From: Kiritimatiellia bacterium
GTDB taxonomy: Bacteria; Verrucomicrobiota; Kiritimatiellia; JAAZAB01
Direction: 5' to 3'
Assembly (NCBI GenBank): GCA_040767085.1
Contig: JAXGPF010000011.1
Location: 96,001-160,000 of the forward strand
DNA length: 64,000 nt
In this document: piece by piece, positions 36,196-45,524 of the stretch
Numbering within the stretch: the first letter of the stretch is position 1
Layout of the letters: every line of letters begins with the position of its first letter
Position numbers and translations under genes: made by a program
Notes under the pieces: generated by a model
What the model was told of the DNA's origin: nothing
The model's database searches: none
The model's input: the letters and a program-made list of their open reading frames with translations, nothing else

Positions 36196-38445
36196 TTACT
36201 CAGCGCTGTTTTTCAGTCGCCCGGAGATGGCATTCCGCCAGGCCGCGCTTAGCTCTGCCAGCGGCAGGTCTATGACCGCCCGGCCGCTGCCGCGCACGAT
36301 GAACTTGTCGCCGCCGACCTGCCCCAGCCTGACGCAAGGCGCCTTGAATTTCTGCGCCAACTTGTCCAGTTCCGGCAACTTATCCGGAGCCAGCGACACC
36401 ACAATCCGCGATGGCGCTTCGCCAAACAGAATTTCATCCAGCCGGATGCCGCCGGCCTGCAATCCGTCCAGACCGATTTCCGCGCCCAGCATATGGCCGG
36501 CGCGCGAAATGGCGGATTCCGCGAGCGCCACCGCCAGCCCGCCTTCGGAACAGTCGTGGGCGGAATGCACCAGACCGGCGGCGATGGCCGCCAGCGCGGC
36601 TTGCTGCACGGCCTTTTCCGCGGCCAGGTCAATTTGGGGATTGCCCTGCTTCCGGCCGTGCACCAGCCATAAATACTCGCTGCCGGACAGGTCGGGCCGG
36701 CAGGCGCCCAGCAAGACGATGGCATCCCCCGCGCGTTTGAATTCCTGGGTGACATGCTTGGCGACATCGTCAATTAACCCCACCATCCCCACCAGCGGCG
36801 TGGGATCTATCGCGCCCTTGGGATTTTCGTTGTAAAAACTTACATTGCCGCTGACCACCGGCGTGTCCAGCGCCCGGCAGGCTTCCGCCAGGCCTTCTAT
36901 GCACTTGGCGAATTGCCAATAGTTTTCCGGCTTCATCGGGTTGCCGAAATTCAGCCCATCGGTGATGGCCAGCGGCTTGCCGCCGCTGCACACAATGTTT
37001 CGCGCCGCTTCCGCCACCGCCATCATCGCGCCCTGGTAGGGATTCAGATAGCAATACCGGCCATTGCAATCCACGCTGATCGCCAGAGCCTTTTTGGCGC
37101 CCGGCACCTTGACCACCGCCGCGTCGGAGCCCGGCCCCGCCGCCACCAGGTCCCCATCCTGGAAGGTAAACGCCCGGGCGGCGGATTCCTTGCTGGCAAT
37201 CGTCGGCGAATCCAACAATTGCAGCAGCGCCTGGTTGAAATCACCGGGCTCCGGCAGGGCGGCGCGATCCAGCTTTTGCGCTTCCCGCAGGTAGGAGGGC
37301 TCCCGGGTTTCCCGGTCGTATAACGGGGCATGTTCGGTCAGGGCCGCCGGCGGAATTTCGCAGACGGTCTGCCCCTGGTCGAGCACCCGCATCAGCCCAT
37401 CGCCGGTTACCCGGCCGATTTTCACCGCATTGACTTTCCAGCGGCGGAGAATCTCCAAGGCGGCGGCTTCGTTTTCCCGGTTCAGGATCGCCAGCATGCG
37501 CTCCTGGGACTCGGACAGCAGCACCTCGTAGGGCGTCATGCCTTCCTCGCTGCGCGGCACCAGCGCCACGTCAATCTCAATGCCGGCGCCGCTGCGGGAG
37601 GCCGTCTCGCAGGTGGAGCACGTCAGACCGGCGGCGCCCATGTCCTGCATGCCGACAATCAGCCGCTTTTCGATCAATTCCAGGCAAGCTTCGCGCAGGC
37701 GCAGTCCCAGTTCCGGATCGCCAATCGCCACGGCGCCTTTGTCCGCACCGGAGTCCTCGGTGATTTCCTTGGAGGCGAAGCTGGCCCCGCCCACGCCGTC
37801 GCGGCCGGTATCCTTGCCGATGTAGTAAACGGCATTGCCCGCGCCGGTGGCGGCGCCTTTGACGATATTTTCATGCCGGACGATGCCGACCACAAAGGCA
37901 TTCACCAGCGGATTGCCCTCGTAACTTTCATCGAAACAGGTTTCCCCGCCGACTGCGCTGATCCTGGCTTTGTTGGCGTAATGCGCCAGCCCGCGGATGA
38001 CTTCCTTGTACAGCCATTGCACCTTGGAATTTTCCAGGCGCCCGAAACGCAGGGCCGCCAGGGCGGCCACCGGCCGCGCGCCCATGGTAAAAATGTCCCG
38101 CAGGCAGCCGCCCAGCCCGGTAGCCGAAGCTTCAAACGGCTGGACCGCCGATGGATGGTTGTGCGATTCCATCTTGAAGGCCACACCCCAGCCGTCGCCG
38201 ATATCCACCACCCCGGAATTTTCCTCGCCGGCGCCCACCAGCACCTGCGGGCCCTTGGTAGGAAACAGCTTGAACAGCTTGCGTGAATTTTTGTAGCTGC
38301 AATGTTCCGACCACATGGCGGAAAACACGCCCAATTCCGTGAAGTTCGGCGCCCGCCCCAGCAATTCCAGAATCCGCTTGAACTCTAATTCCGTCAAACC
38401 TAATTTTTCCGCCAAGGCTGCGTCAACTTTAACTTCCGTGCCCAT
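36196..38445 (-). CDS. purL: Phosphoribosylformylglycinamidine synthase subunit PurL
   Basis: MWSEHCSYK, ESHNHPS, QDMGAAG, SESQERM and SGNVSFYNE motifs. Confidence 0.96.
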   Translation of the reverse strand: MGTEVKVDAALAEKLGLTELEFKRILELLGRAPNFTELGVFSAMWSEHCSYKNSRKLFKLFPTKGPQVLVGAGEENSGVVDIGDGWGVAFKMESHNHPSAVQPFEASATGLGGCLRDIFTMGARPVAALAALRFGRLENSKVQWLYKEVIRGLAHYANKARISAVGGETCFDESYEGNPLVNAFVVGIVRHENIVKGAATGAGNAVYYIGKDTGRDGVGGASFASKEITEDSGADKGAVAIGDPELGLRLREACLELIEKRLIVGMQDMGAAGLTCSTCETASRSGAGIEIDVALVPRSEEGMTPYEVLLSESQERMLAILNRENEAAALEILRRWKVNAVKIGRVTGDGLMRVLDQGQTVCEIPPAALTEHAPLYDRETREPSYLREAQKLDRAALPEPGDFNQALLQLLDSPTIASKESAARAFTFQDGDLVAAGPGSDAAVVKVPGAKKALAISVDCNGRYCYLNPYQGAMMAVAEAARNIVCSGGKPLAITDGLNFGNPMKPENYWQFAKCIEGLAEACRALDTPVVSGNVSFYNENPKGAIDPTPLVGMVGLIDDVAKHVTQEFKRAGDAIVLLGACRPDLSGSEYLWLVHGRKQGNPQIDLAAEKAVQQAALAAIAAGLVHSAHDCSEGGLAVALAESAISRAGHMLGAEIGLDGLQAGGIRLDEILFGEAPSRIVVSLAPDKLPELDKLAQKFKAPCVRLGQVGGDKFIVRGSGRAVIDLPLAELSAAWRNAISGRLKNSAE

Positions 38446-38638
38446 GATTTGCTCCCTGTTTGGCCGCCCCGTGCGAATGTCATCCGCCCGCCGGCAGAGT
38501 GCCGGGATGGAGCAGCTTCGAGGGGAAATTAAAATATAAAGCGCAGCGGAATGAAAGGAAAAAACGCGGAGGGCTGGTTGACGCAGGGCTGCGTCATTCT
38601 CGGCGGCTCGCTCCCGCACCATGCGCGCCGTTCCGGAG

Positions 38639-38760
38639 GTAGGGCGCGCAGTCCCTTGCGCGCCGTTCCTTATTGTAGTAGCGCCACGGTGTGGCGCATC
38701 CGGATTCGGCCCTGTAGCAGCATCACGGCTTGCCCTGCGTAGTCTGGCGGAGCAGGGCGT
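38639..38760. repeat. Cluster of three REP-like families
   Basis: gtagggcgcgcagtcccttgcgcgcc; gtagtagcgccacggtgtggcgc; cttgccctgcgtagtctggcggag. Confidence 0.7.
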
Positions 38761-38787
38761 GGCGCTCTCCGGCGGGCGTGCCGCGCC

Positions 38788-40656
38788 CTAGCCTGCCGCC
38801 GGCGGGCGGCGATCTTCCGCGGCGATGGCCGCAAGTATATCCGCCTCCGTTAACGGATAAAAACGGAAGGCAAACGGCGAATAGCGCGCGCGGTACCAAT
38901 CCAGGGCTTCCCGCAGCAGCACCCGCCGGCGCACCGGGTTGATCCCGCAGCGGCGGTACATCTCCGCCAGCAGGTAATGGGCGTACGGATCGTCAGCCTT
39001 CAGCTTTTCGCCGAGTTCCCAGGCGCGGTTGGCCGCGGCGACGTCGCCGCCCTGGAATCGTTCCGCGCCCAGCCGGGCATAATGACAGGCATAAGCGGCC
39101 TGCACGCGGCGCGTATCGGGATCGTGCGCGGCGCCCGGCGCCGGCGGATGCAGCGCCGTCTCATTCAGCAGCAGCCCGGCCGGCAGGTTGTCCGCCGGTC
39201 TGGCCAGCCGATATACCAGCCCCCAGGGGACCGCCACCGTATCCCGCAGGAATGGGTAATATTGCTCCAGCGCGGGGATCGGCGGGAGATCGCATATCAT
39301 GGCGCTTAAAGGCTGATCCCGATGGGCGCTGAAAGGCGTCGCGACGAATTGCACGTCCGGCCGGACGTTTTCCACCGCCTGCAAATACAGGCAGGGAAAC
39401 AGAAACTCGTCCTGCACAAAAAACAATCCCGCATCTGCCGGGACCGCGGCCATAATGTCCATGGCGAAACTGCGCGCCAGCGTATCCCGCGACCGGTCGT
39501 TTTCCGACCAGTTCGCCGCCAGGATCAGCAGCGGCGCCAGCCCGCAAGCCGCCGCCGCCCAGCGCCGCGCTGTCAATCCGCGCCGGCGCCGGCGGACCAG
39601 CGCCAGGAAACGCCGCACTGCCGGCCCCAGCCAGAGCGCGAGCATCATTTGCGCCGGTATGTAAAACACGCGCCGGGTGTAAATCTCATCCGGCGCGGCG
39701 GCGCCCCGCAGCATCAGATTCAAAACAATGATATTCAACAACACCACCGCCAGGGTCATCCCGGCCAGGTCGCCCCGGCGCCGCGTCCAGACCGCCCACC
39801 CGCCGAGCGCGATGATCGCCGCCGGCCAGGTCGCCGACTTCCCCACCGCGCGGGCGCCAGCAGCCATGTATTGCGCCGCATCGCGCCAATCGCCGGCATA
39901 GCGGACGCGTTCGGGCTCGGTGTAATAAGCCCGGCGCAGCGCGTGGTTGACGGCGGCGCGCAAGGTGACGGGATTGCCCCAGTTGACCGGCGGTTGCGCC
40001 CGCGCGCGCCAGGGCAAATACGCGTAAACCGACAAGCCGGCCAGGCCCAGCGCCATGCATGCGGCCAGCACGCGCGGCCGCAGCAGCATCCGCCAATGCC
40101 GCCAGGCCGCCCACACCCCGGGCGCCAGGACGGCCAGGGCGAACGTCGAATGGTTGGCCAGGCCCAGCCCGCCCGTCAGGGCCAATCCGTAAAGCCACCC
40201 ACGGGCGCCAGACTGCCGCCAGCGCACGGCACAATAGAGCGCGCACCCGCAGAGCAGCGCATTCAACGTGTAAACCTCGGCGATCAAGGCTTGCGACCAG
40301 AAAATTCCTGAAAACGCCAGGGCCAGCAGCGCGGCCACGGACGCCGGCCGCGACCGGGTCAGCCGCCAGGCCGTCAGGTAAAGCATCCAGGCTGCCGCCG
40401 CCGCGCAGACGGCGGAAAACAAGTTGACGCGCCACGCCACCGTTCCCAGCGGCAGCCATGTAAACCCATGGGCCAACAGGCACCACAAGGGATATCCAGG
40501 CGGATGCGCGACGCCCAGGGTATGGGCCGCGGCGATAAAACTGCCGGAATCTTCCAGCGTCACGGACGGCGCCAGGGTGCGCCAGTAAACCGCCAGCGCC
40601 AGAACCGCCGCCAGCGAGCAGGGGTAAGTCCTATATTTTAATAATCGCCGCGTCAT
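38788..40656 (-). CDS. DUF2723 / TMEM260-like GT-C membrane glycosyltransferase
   Basis: TLAPSVTLEDSG..LGVAHPPGYPL and WSQALIAEVYTL motifs. Confidence 0.85.
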   Translation of the reverse strand: MTRRLLKYRTYPCSLAAVLALAVYWRTLAPSVTLEDSGSFIAAAHTLGVAHPPGYPLWCLLAHGFTWLPLGTVAWRVNLFSAVCAAAAAWMLYLTAWRLTRSRPASVAALLALAFSGIFWSQALIAEVYTLNALLCGCALYCAVRWRQSGARGWLYGLALTGGLGLANHSTFALAVLAPGVWAAWRHWRMLLRPRVLAACMALGLAGLSVYAYLPWRARAQPPVNWGNPVTLRAAVNHALRRAYYTEPERVRYAGDWRDAAQYMAAGARAVGKSATWPAAIIALGGWAVWTRRRGDLAGMTLAVVLLNIIVLNLMLRGAAAPDEIYTRRVFYIPAQMMLALWLGPAVRRFLALVRRRRRGLTARRWAAAACGLAPLLILAANWSENDRSRDTLARSFAMDIMAAVPADAGLFFVQDEFLFPCLYLQAVENVRPDVQFVATPFSAHRDQPLSAMICDLPPIPALEQYYPFLRDTVAVPWGLVYRLARPADNLPAGLLLNETALHPPAPGAAHDPDTRRVQAAYACHYARLGAERFQGGDVAAANRAWELGEKLKADDPYAHYLLAEMYRRCGINPVRRRVLLREALDWYRARYSPFAFRFYPLTEADILAAIAAEDRRPPAAG

Positions 40657-40660
40657 GCCA

Positions 40661-43600
40661 TCAACCACCGGATTCCAGCAAGCGCAGGACGCGGAAGGCT
40701 TCGGCGGCGCTCCAGGCCTGGGCATCGCATCCGCGTAAAGCATGCGGGTAATCGCCATCCACGATTTCCGGGAGGTGCCCGACGCAGCCGCGCTGGATCA
40801 GGCGGCCGACGCCGCCGGCCAGCCAGGACCAGGCGGCGGAACGTCCGGCGGCGCCGTAGCGCAGGAACCACGCTTCGCAGAACGAAGGAAACAGCCAGCC
40901 CCACGCGGTGCCGTTATGGTAGGCGGGTTTGCGGCGCGTGTCTTCATCGCCCGTGTAATGCGGCCAATAGGGATGGATCGGATCGTTCAACGGCCGCCCA
41001 TCCAAGTGCACCGGCTGGGGATGGCGCACCGGACGGTCAGCCAGGCTGCGGATGGCGCCGGGCACCAGCAATTCCATGCAGGCGTCCAGCACGGCGGAAG
41101 CGGCCGCCGGATCGTCCGCCAGGCCCAGGGTCAGCGCCAGCAACTGGTTGGGGCGCAGGGCATCGTCTGGTGTCGCGCCGGCCGCCGGCGCGCCCGGGGC
41201 GGCATGACAGCAATCGCAGAAGAAGCCCCGGTCCGGATCCCAGAACAGCGCCATGAAGCTTTCACGGACTTGCCGTGCAAGTTTGCGCCAGTCGCCGGGC
41301 TGCGCCGTATGCGCCATGAAATCCAGCGCCGCCCACCATAGCGCCTGGATCTCCACCGGGTAGCCGGCGCGGGGGGTGGCGGCGGGAAAATTGGTGTCCA
41401 TCCAGGTGAAATGCGCCGGACTGAACACAAGTCCGCTGGCCGGGTCCACGCGAATGCCGTTGGCCGTGCCGCGGCGATAACTGTTCAAAATGGATATAAT
41501 CACCTCGCGCACTGTGCGTTTCCCCGCGCGTTCCGCCAACAGCGCCTGGCCGTCGGACGCCCGGCACCAATCCGCGCAGGCGATGATAAACCAAAGCGGA
41601 GCGTCCGAGGTGTCACGGTTGGCGGCATCGGCCCCGTTGATCATGTTGGGCAAGGCGCCGTCCTGCTCGAATGCGGCGAATTGGAGCAGGATGCGCCGGA
41701 CTTCATCCAACATGCCGGCGGCAATCATGCCGCGGGCGCAGATCAAGGTATCGCGCCCCCAGTCCAGAAACCAGGGATAGCCGGCAATCACGGTCTGCAA
41801 ATCGTCCCGGCGCACGATGAAGGCCCGCAACGCCTGCCGCAACACATCCGCCAGAGGCCGGGGCGCCACTACGGGATCGGCCGGCGCCGCATGTTCCATC
41901 GGAAGGGCTACGGCGGATTGATCTTCCGCCGGATCGGGAATCCAGGCCGCCAGCCGCACGGGGACATCAGCGGCCAGCGGCGCGCGGAAATATCCCGGGC
42001 TGAACAAATCCGTATGCGCCCGCAACCCGCGTTCCGCTTCCACGGGATGATGCACCATGTATTGCCACTCGGCTTCGGCATGAAATGCGCCGGGCGCCGC
42101 CCGCACATGCAATCGGCGCTCGGGATGCGGCGCGAAAATAAAGCCGCCCGCCGCCGGCTGGACCGCTGCCGGCCAGGTTTTTTCCGGGCCGGCATACGCC
42201 CGGGTATCCTCATGGAAATTGCGGTCTTCGAGGTCGGGCCGCATGACCAGGCTGACTGGCAAACTGTCCGGCAAGGGATTTTTAACCAAGGCCGCCGGCC
42301 GGCGCCGGAAAACAAGTTCCACGGCATTCCGGTTGGGGCGCATGGCCAGGGACAGAACCACTTCCACATGGCCGGCATCGCCGAACAACACCCGGAAATG
42401 CCAGCAGCCGGTTTCGCCGTCCTGCTGAAAATCGCGCAGGCTGTCCGCGCTTAGCTCGCGGGAATAACCGTGATACTCCAGCCAGGCCCGGCAGCGGCGA
42501 AACATCACCCAGCGATCCACCGGATGACGCGGATGCAGGTTGGCGGCCAGCAAGGCATCGTAACGGCTGTAAACCTTGCCCCAGTCCATTGCCGCGCGCG
42601 ACATGCCGCCGCGCCTGTTTGTCGCCAGAAAGATACGGCGCTCCCCCGCCCCGCACCGCAGGCGGGCGGGGGCCGTCACCCGGGCGCCGGCCGGCAAAAA
42701 GACCACCGGCCCATCCTCATGGCGGACGTCATCCGGCGCGTATACATCCGCCTGGATCCGGCCGGGTCGGGCGCCGGCGCAGACGCGCGGAGGCGCCAAT
42801 GCAAAAAAACCACCAGCGGCCAGCGGCAGGGCGTCTTCCTGGAAACATACACGCGGCCCCTCGGTCAGGCGGACGCGGAAGGGATGTTCCATGACGATCA
42901 ACATGCCATGGCCGGCCGGGACCATGACTTCGCGCCGGCAATCGCGCGGCGGCTGCCAGCGGACAAGGCAATCGGCCTGACCCGGCGCCAACGCGCGGCA
43001 AAAGGCGGCGGGATCGCGCGCCAACTCGCCGGCCAGGCGGTCGGGATCGCGGTCATGGATGTCGCCAAATCCGCGGAAGACCTGAAAAATTTCCAGGGCC
43101 TTGGCCCGGAGGCGCTGATGCGCCACCCGGTCGGGGATGGAGGCCGGCGCCTGCTCCGCCGCCGTCAGCCGTTCCAGCTCGTTCGGGTCGCGGGCCAGGC
43201 AAAGCGCTTCCGCCGGCGCCAATTCCAGACACAGGCTGGCGCCTTCGGTCACGGCGCGGTCAATCGGCTGGCCGGTCAGCAAGTCCACGGCGGGACGGCC
43301 CTGCACCGGGAAATCCGCCGCCGGCCAGACCAGTGTCTGCGGCTGACGGTCATCCAGGTTGATCAGCACCAGTAAAGCGCGGTCAGCCGCGGGCGGCCGG
43401 CGCAGCAGAACGATGCCGTTGGCGGCATCCTGGTTAATCAAACGCACCGCGGCGCCCGGGAAAAACGCCGGATGTATCCGCAGCAACGCCTGGAGCCGGG
43501 CAATCCAACCCACCTGGTTTTCCGCGGCGCCCCAATTCAGCGGGGCGCGGCCATGCACGTCAATCCGCTCCGTAGCCAGCCATTCCACGCCATTGGCGAA

Positions 43601-44935
43601 GGCGAAGGCGCCATTGACCGAACAGAGCGCCGCCAGCGCGGTGCGCATGCGCGCGTAAGCGGGCGAGCGCGCGGCCAGCCGGAGATTGTCGTGCGTTTCC
43701 GCGAAATGCACCATCAATCCGTTTTCCCGCGCCAGGCGCGCCGCCAGCGCCAGGTACGGCTCGACCGCCGGCCGGTCGTAATTCTGGAACAACTCCGAAT
43801 ACGCGCCATTCAGATTGGCGTTATGCATCAGGCTGACGGTATCCTCGATGCGGCCGCCCAGTCCTTCCAGCAGGAAAAACGTTTCGGGGAATTCCCGGCG
43901 CACGCGCGCCACCATGTATTCCCAGGCGGCCACCGGCACCATGTAGGCGGCATCGCAGCGGAACCCGTCCACACCGCGGCGGCACCAATACAAGAATACC
44001 TCCGCCAGATAATCCCAGAGCTCGCGGCGGCGGTGGTCCAGCTCGGTCAAGTCTTCCCAGACCGTGCCCCAGGCGCCGGGCGACCGGATGCTGCCATCCG
44101 GCTGGCGCGCCAGCCATTCGGGATGCAACGTATGGATTTTCGAAGCCCAGCCCGTATGATTGACGGCGATATCCAGCCACAGGCGCGCGTGGCGCGCGTG
44201 GACAGCGTCCACCAGCTCCAAAAATTGTTCCATGGGCGTCCGGCGCTGATCGAATTCCGCCAGGGCCGGGTCAACTTCGAAAAAATCCAAAGCGGCGTAC
44301 GGGCTCCCATACATGCCCATGCGGCCATACACCGTCGGCGCGGGGTGGATCGGCAGCAGCATCAGGATGCGGGATCCCAGCCGGCCAATGATGAAATCCA
44401 ACTCCCGGATCAAATCCCGGAACGTGCCCGAAGGCGGGAGGATGGTGTAGCCGGCCTGCGCCAGGCGCGCCTGCTCCGGGCGCGGCACGATGGCATCCGG
44501 ATCGAGCGGCCGGCCAAACTGGCGGACAAACGCATTGTAGATCAGGTTCGCGCCCGCCGCCTGCGCCGGATGCACGTTGATGGATACATTCGCCCCGGGC
44601 GGCCACAGCGGCTCCGTCCGGCCGGCAGGCAAAAAATAGGCCTTGGCTTCAAAGTGACCCGGCTCCAGCAAGGGCAGCGCCAGCCGCCAGCCCCCCGCGC
44701 CGTCAGGCAGCATGGGGATATCCCGCCAATCGCGCGCCTGGCGTTTGCGCCGGCGGAGGGTTTCCCTCAGGATTTCACGGCGGCGCAGGGCATCCCGGCC
44801 CAGATTCGTGCGCAGCCAGGCCTGCCCGGCGGCATGTGCATCCAGACGCAAGCGAAACTCGGCCACATCGCCGCAAAACTGCGCCCGGCGGGTGCCGGGC
44901 GCGGGCTGCTGGAATATAATATTGGTGTCAGGCAT
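40661..44935 (-). CDS. Glycogen debranching enzyme (alpha-amylase domain plus amylo-alpha-1,6-glucosidase)
   Basis: VDGFRCDA, IAGYPWFLDWGRDTLI, FTWMDT, YHNGTAW and QAWS motifs. Confidence 0.92.
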   Translation of the reverse strand: MPDTNIIFQQPAPGTRRAQFCGDVAEFRLRLDAHAAGQAWLRTNLGRDALRRREILRETLRRRKRQARDWRDIPMLPDGAGGWRLALPLLEPGHFEAKAYFLPAGRTEPLWPPGANVSINVHPAQAAGANLIYNAFVRQFGRPLDPDAIVPRPEQARLAQAGYTILPPSGTFRDLIRELDFIIGRLGSRILMLLPIHPAPTVYGRMGMYGSPYAALDFFEVDPALAEFDQRRTPMEQFLELVDAVHARHARLWLDIAVNHTGWASKIHTLHPEWLARQPDGSIRSPGAWGTVWEDLTELDHRRRELWDYLAEVFLYWCRRGVDGFRCDAAYMVPVAAWEYMVARVRREFPETFFLLEGLGGRIEDTVSLMHNANLNGAYSELFQNYDRPAVEPYLALAARLARENGLMVHFAETHDNLRLAARSPAYARMRTALAALCSVNGAFAFANGVEWLATERIDVHGRAPLNWGAAENQVGWIARLQALLRIHPAFFPGAAVRLINQDAANGIVLLRRPPAADRALLVLINLDDRQPQTLVWPAADFPVQGRPAVDLLTGQPIDRAVTEGASLCLELAPAEALCLARDPNELERLTAAEQAPASIPDRVAHQRLRAKALEIFQVFRGFGDIHDRDPDRLAGELARDPAAFCRALAPGQADCLVRWQPPRDCRREVMVPAGHGMLIVMEHPFRVRLTEGPRVCFQEDALPLAAGGFFALAPPRVCAGARPGRIQADVYAPDDVRHEDGPVVFLPAGARVTAPARLRCGAGERRIFLATNRRGGMSRAAMDWGKVYSRYDALLAANLHPRHPVDRWVMFRRCRAWLEYHGYSRELSADSLRDFQQDGETGCWHFRVLFGDAGHVEVVLSLAMRPNRNAVELVFRRRPAALVKNPLPDSLPVSLVMRPDLEDRNFHEDTRAYAGPEKTWPAAVQPAAGGFIFAPHPERRLHVRAAPGAFHAEAEWQYMVHHPVEAERGLRAHTDLFSPGYFRAPLAADVPVRLAAWIPDPAEDQSAVALPMEHAAPADPVVAPRPLADVLRQALRAFIVRRDDLQTVIAGYPWFLDWGRDTLICARGMIAAGMLDEVRRILLQFAAFEQDGALPNMINGADAANRDTSDAPLWFIIACADWCRASDGQALLAERAGKRTVREVIISILNSYRRGTANGIRVDPASGLVFSPAHFTWMDTNFPAATPRAGYPVEIQALWWAALDFMAHTAQPGDWRKLARQVRESFMALFWDPDRGFFCDCCHAAPGAPAAGATPDDALRPNQLLALTLGLADDPAAASAVLDACMELLVPGAIRSLADRPVRHPQPVHLDGRPLNDPIHPYWPHYTGDEDTRRKPAYHNGTAWGWLFPSFCEAWFLRYGAAGRSAAWSWLAGGVGRLIQRGCVGHLPEIVDGDYPHALRGCDAQAWSAAEAFRVLRLLESGG

Positions 44936-45524
44936 GGTGTTTCAGTTTGAATTGAACGTGCGCGAATCAGCGCCGGAGGCCTGGCGGTGAAACCCCTGCA
45001 ACCTTCTGCGTAAATTATTGCATGCGGCACGGTATGTCAACGGTCTTTTGTGTTAATGTCTTTTATATCACCTGAATTTTGCACCGCGCAAGTTTGGCGC
45101 AGGGCGCGGCGCGAGGGGTGCCGCTGTATAAGTATACCGCAAACCCCCGAGCAACAAAGCCATGCGCTAAAATCGCGCGGCCGGCTGCGGGCTGTGCCTG
45201 CCATAGCATCCGTGCGACGGCGGGCGAATATTGGTGTTTCTGATCCCTATGCTGGCGTAACCATATGGGTGATAGCAGATAACTGTGCAAAAATAAATTT
45301 GCACGCTCTATGATTGCTTTAAATCATTTTAATACCAATATTCATGCAAAATTCAGGTATCAACAGTCTTTTTGAGCTACCCTGAATTCGCGATGATGCC
45401 GGGATGCCGCAGGCAATGCAGCAAGAGCGGTCCTGATCCGGCGTGTTCAACTGCTGGTTGCCTGCCGGCCGTAAAAATATACTAGAATACGGGACTGACC
45501 CCTGTGCCCCCTGTGCCACCGAAA

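Noticed and set aside
38450-38620. Purine-related riboswitch upstream of purL
   Set aside because: I could not match ZTP, PRPP or purine riboswitch consensus elements by eye; an Rfam scan would settle it.
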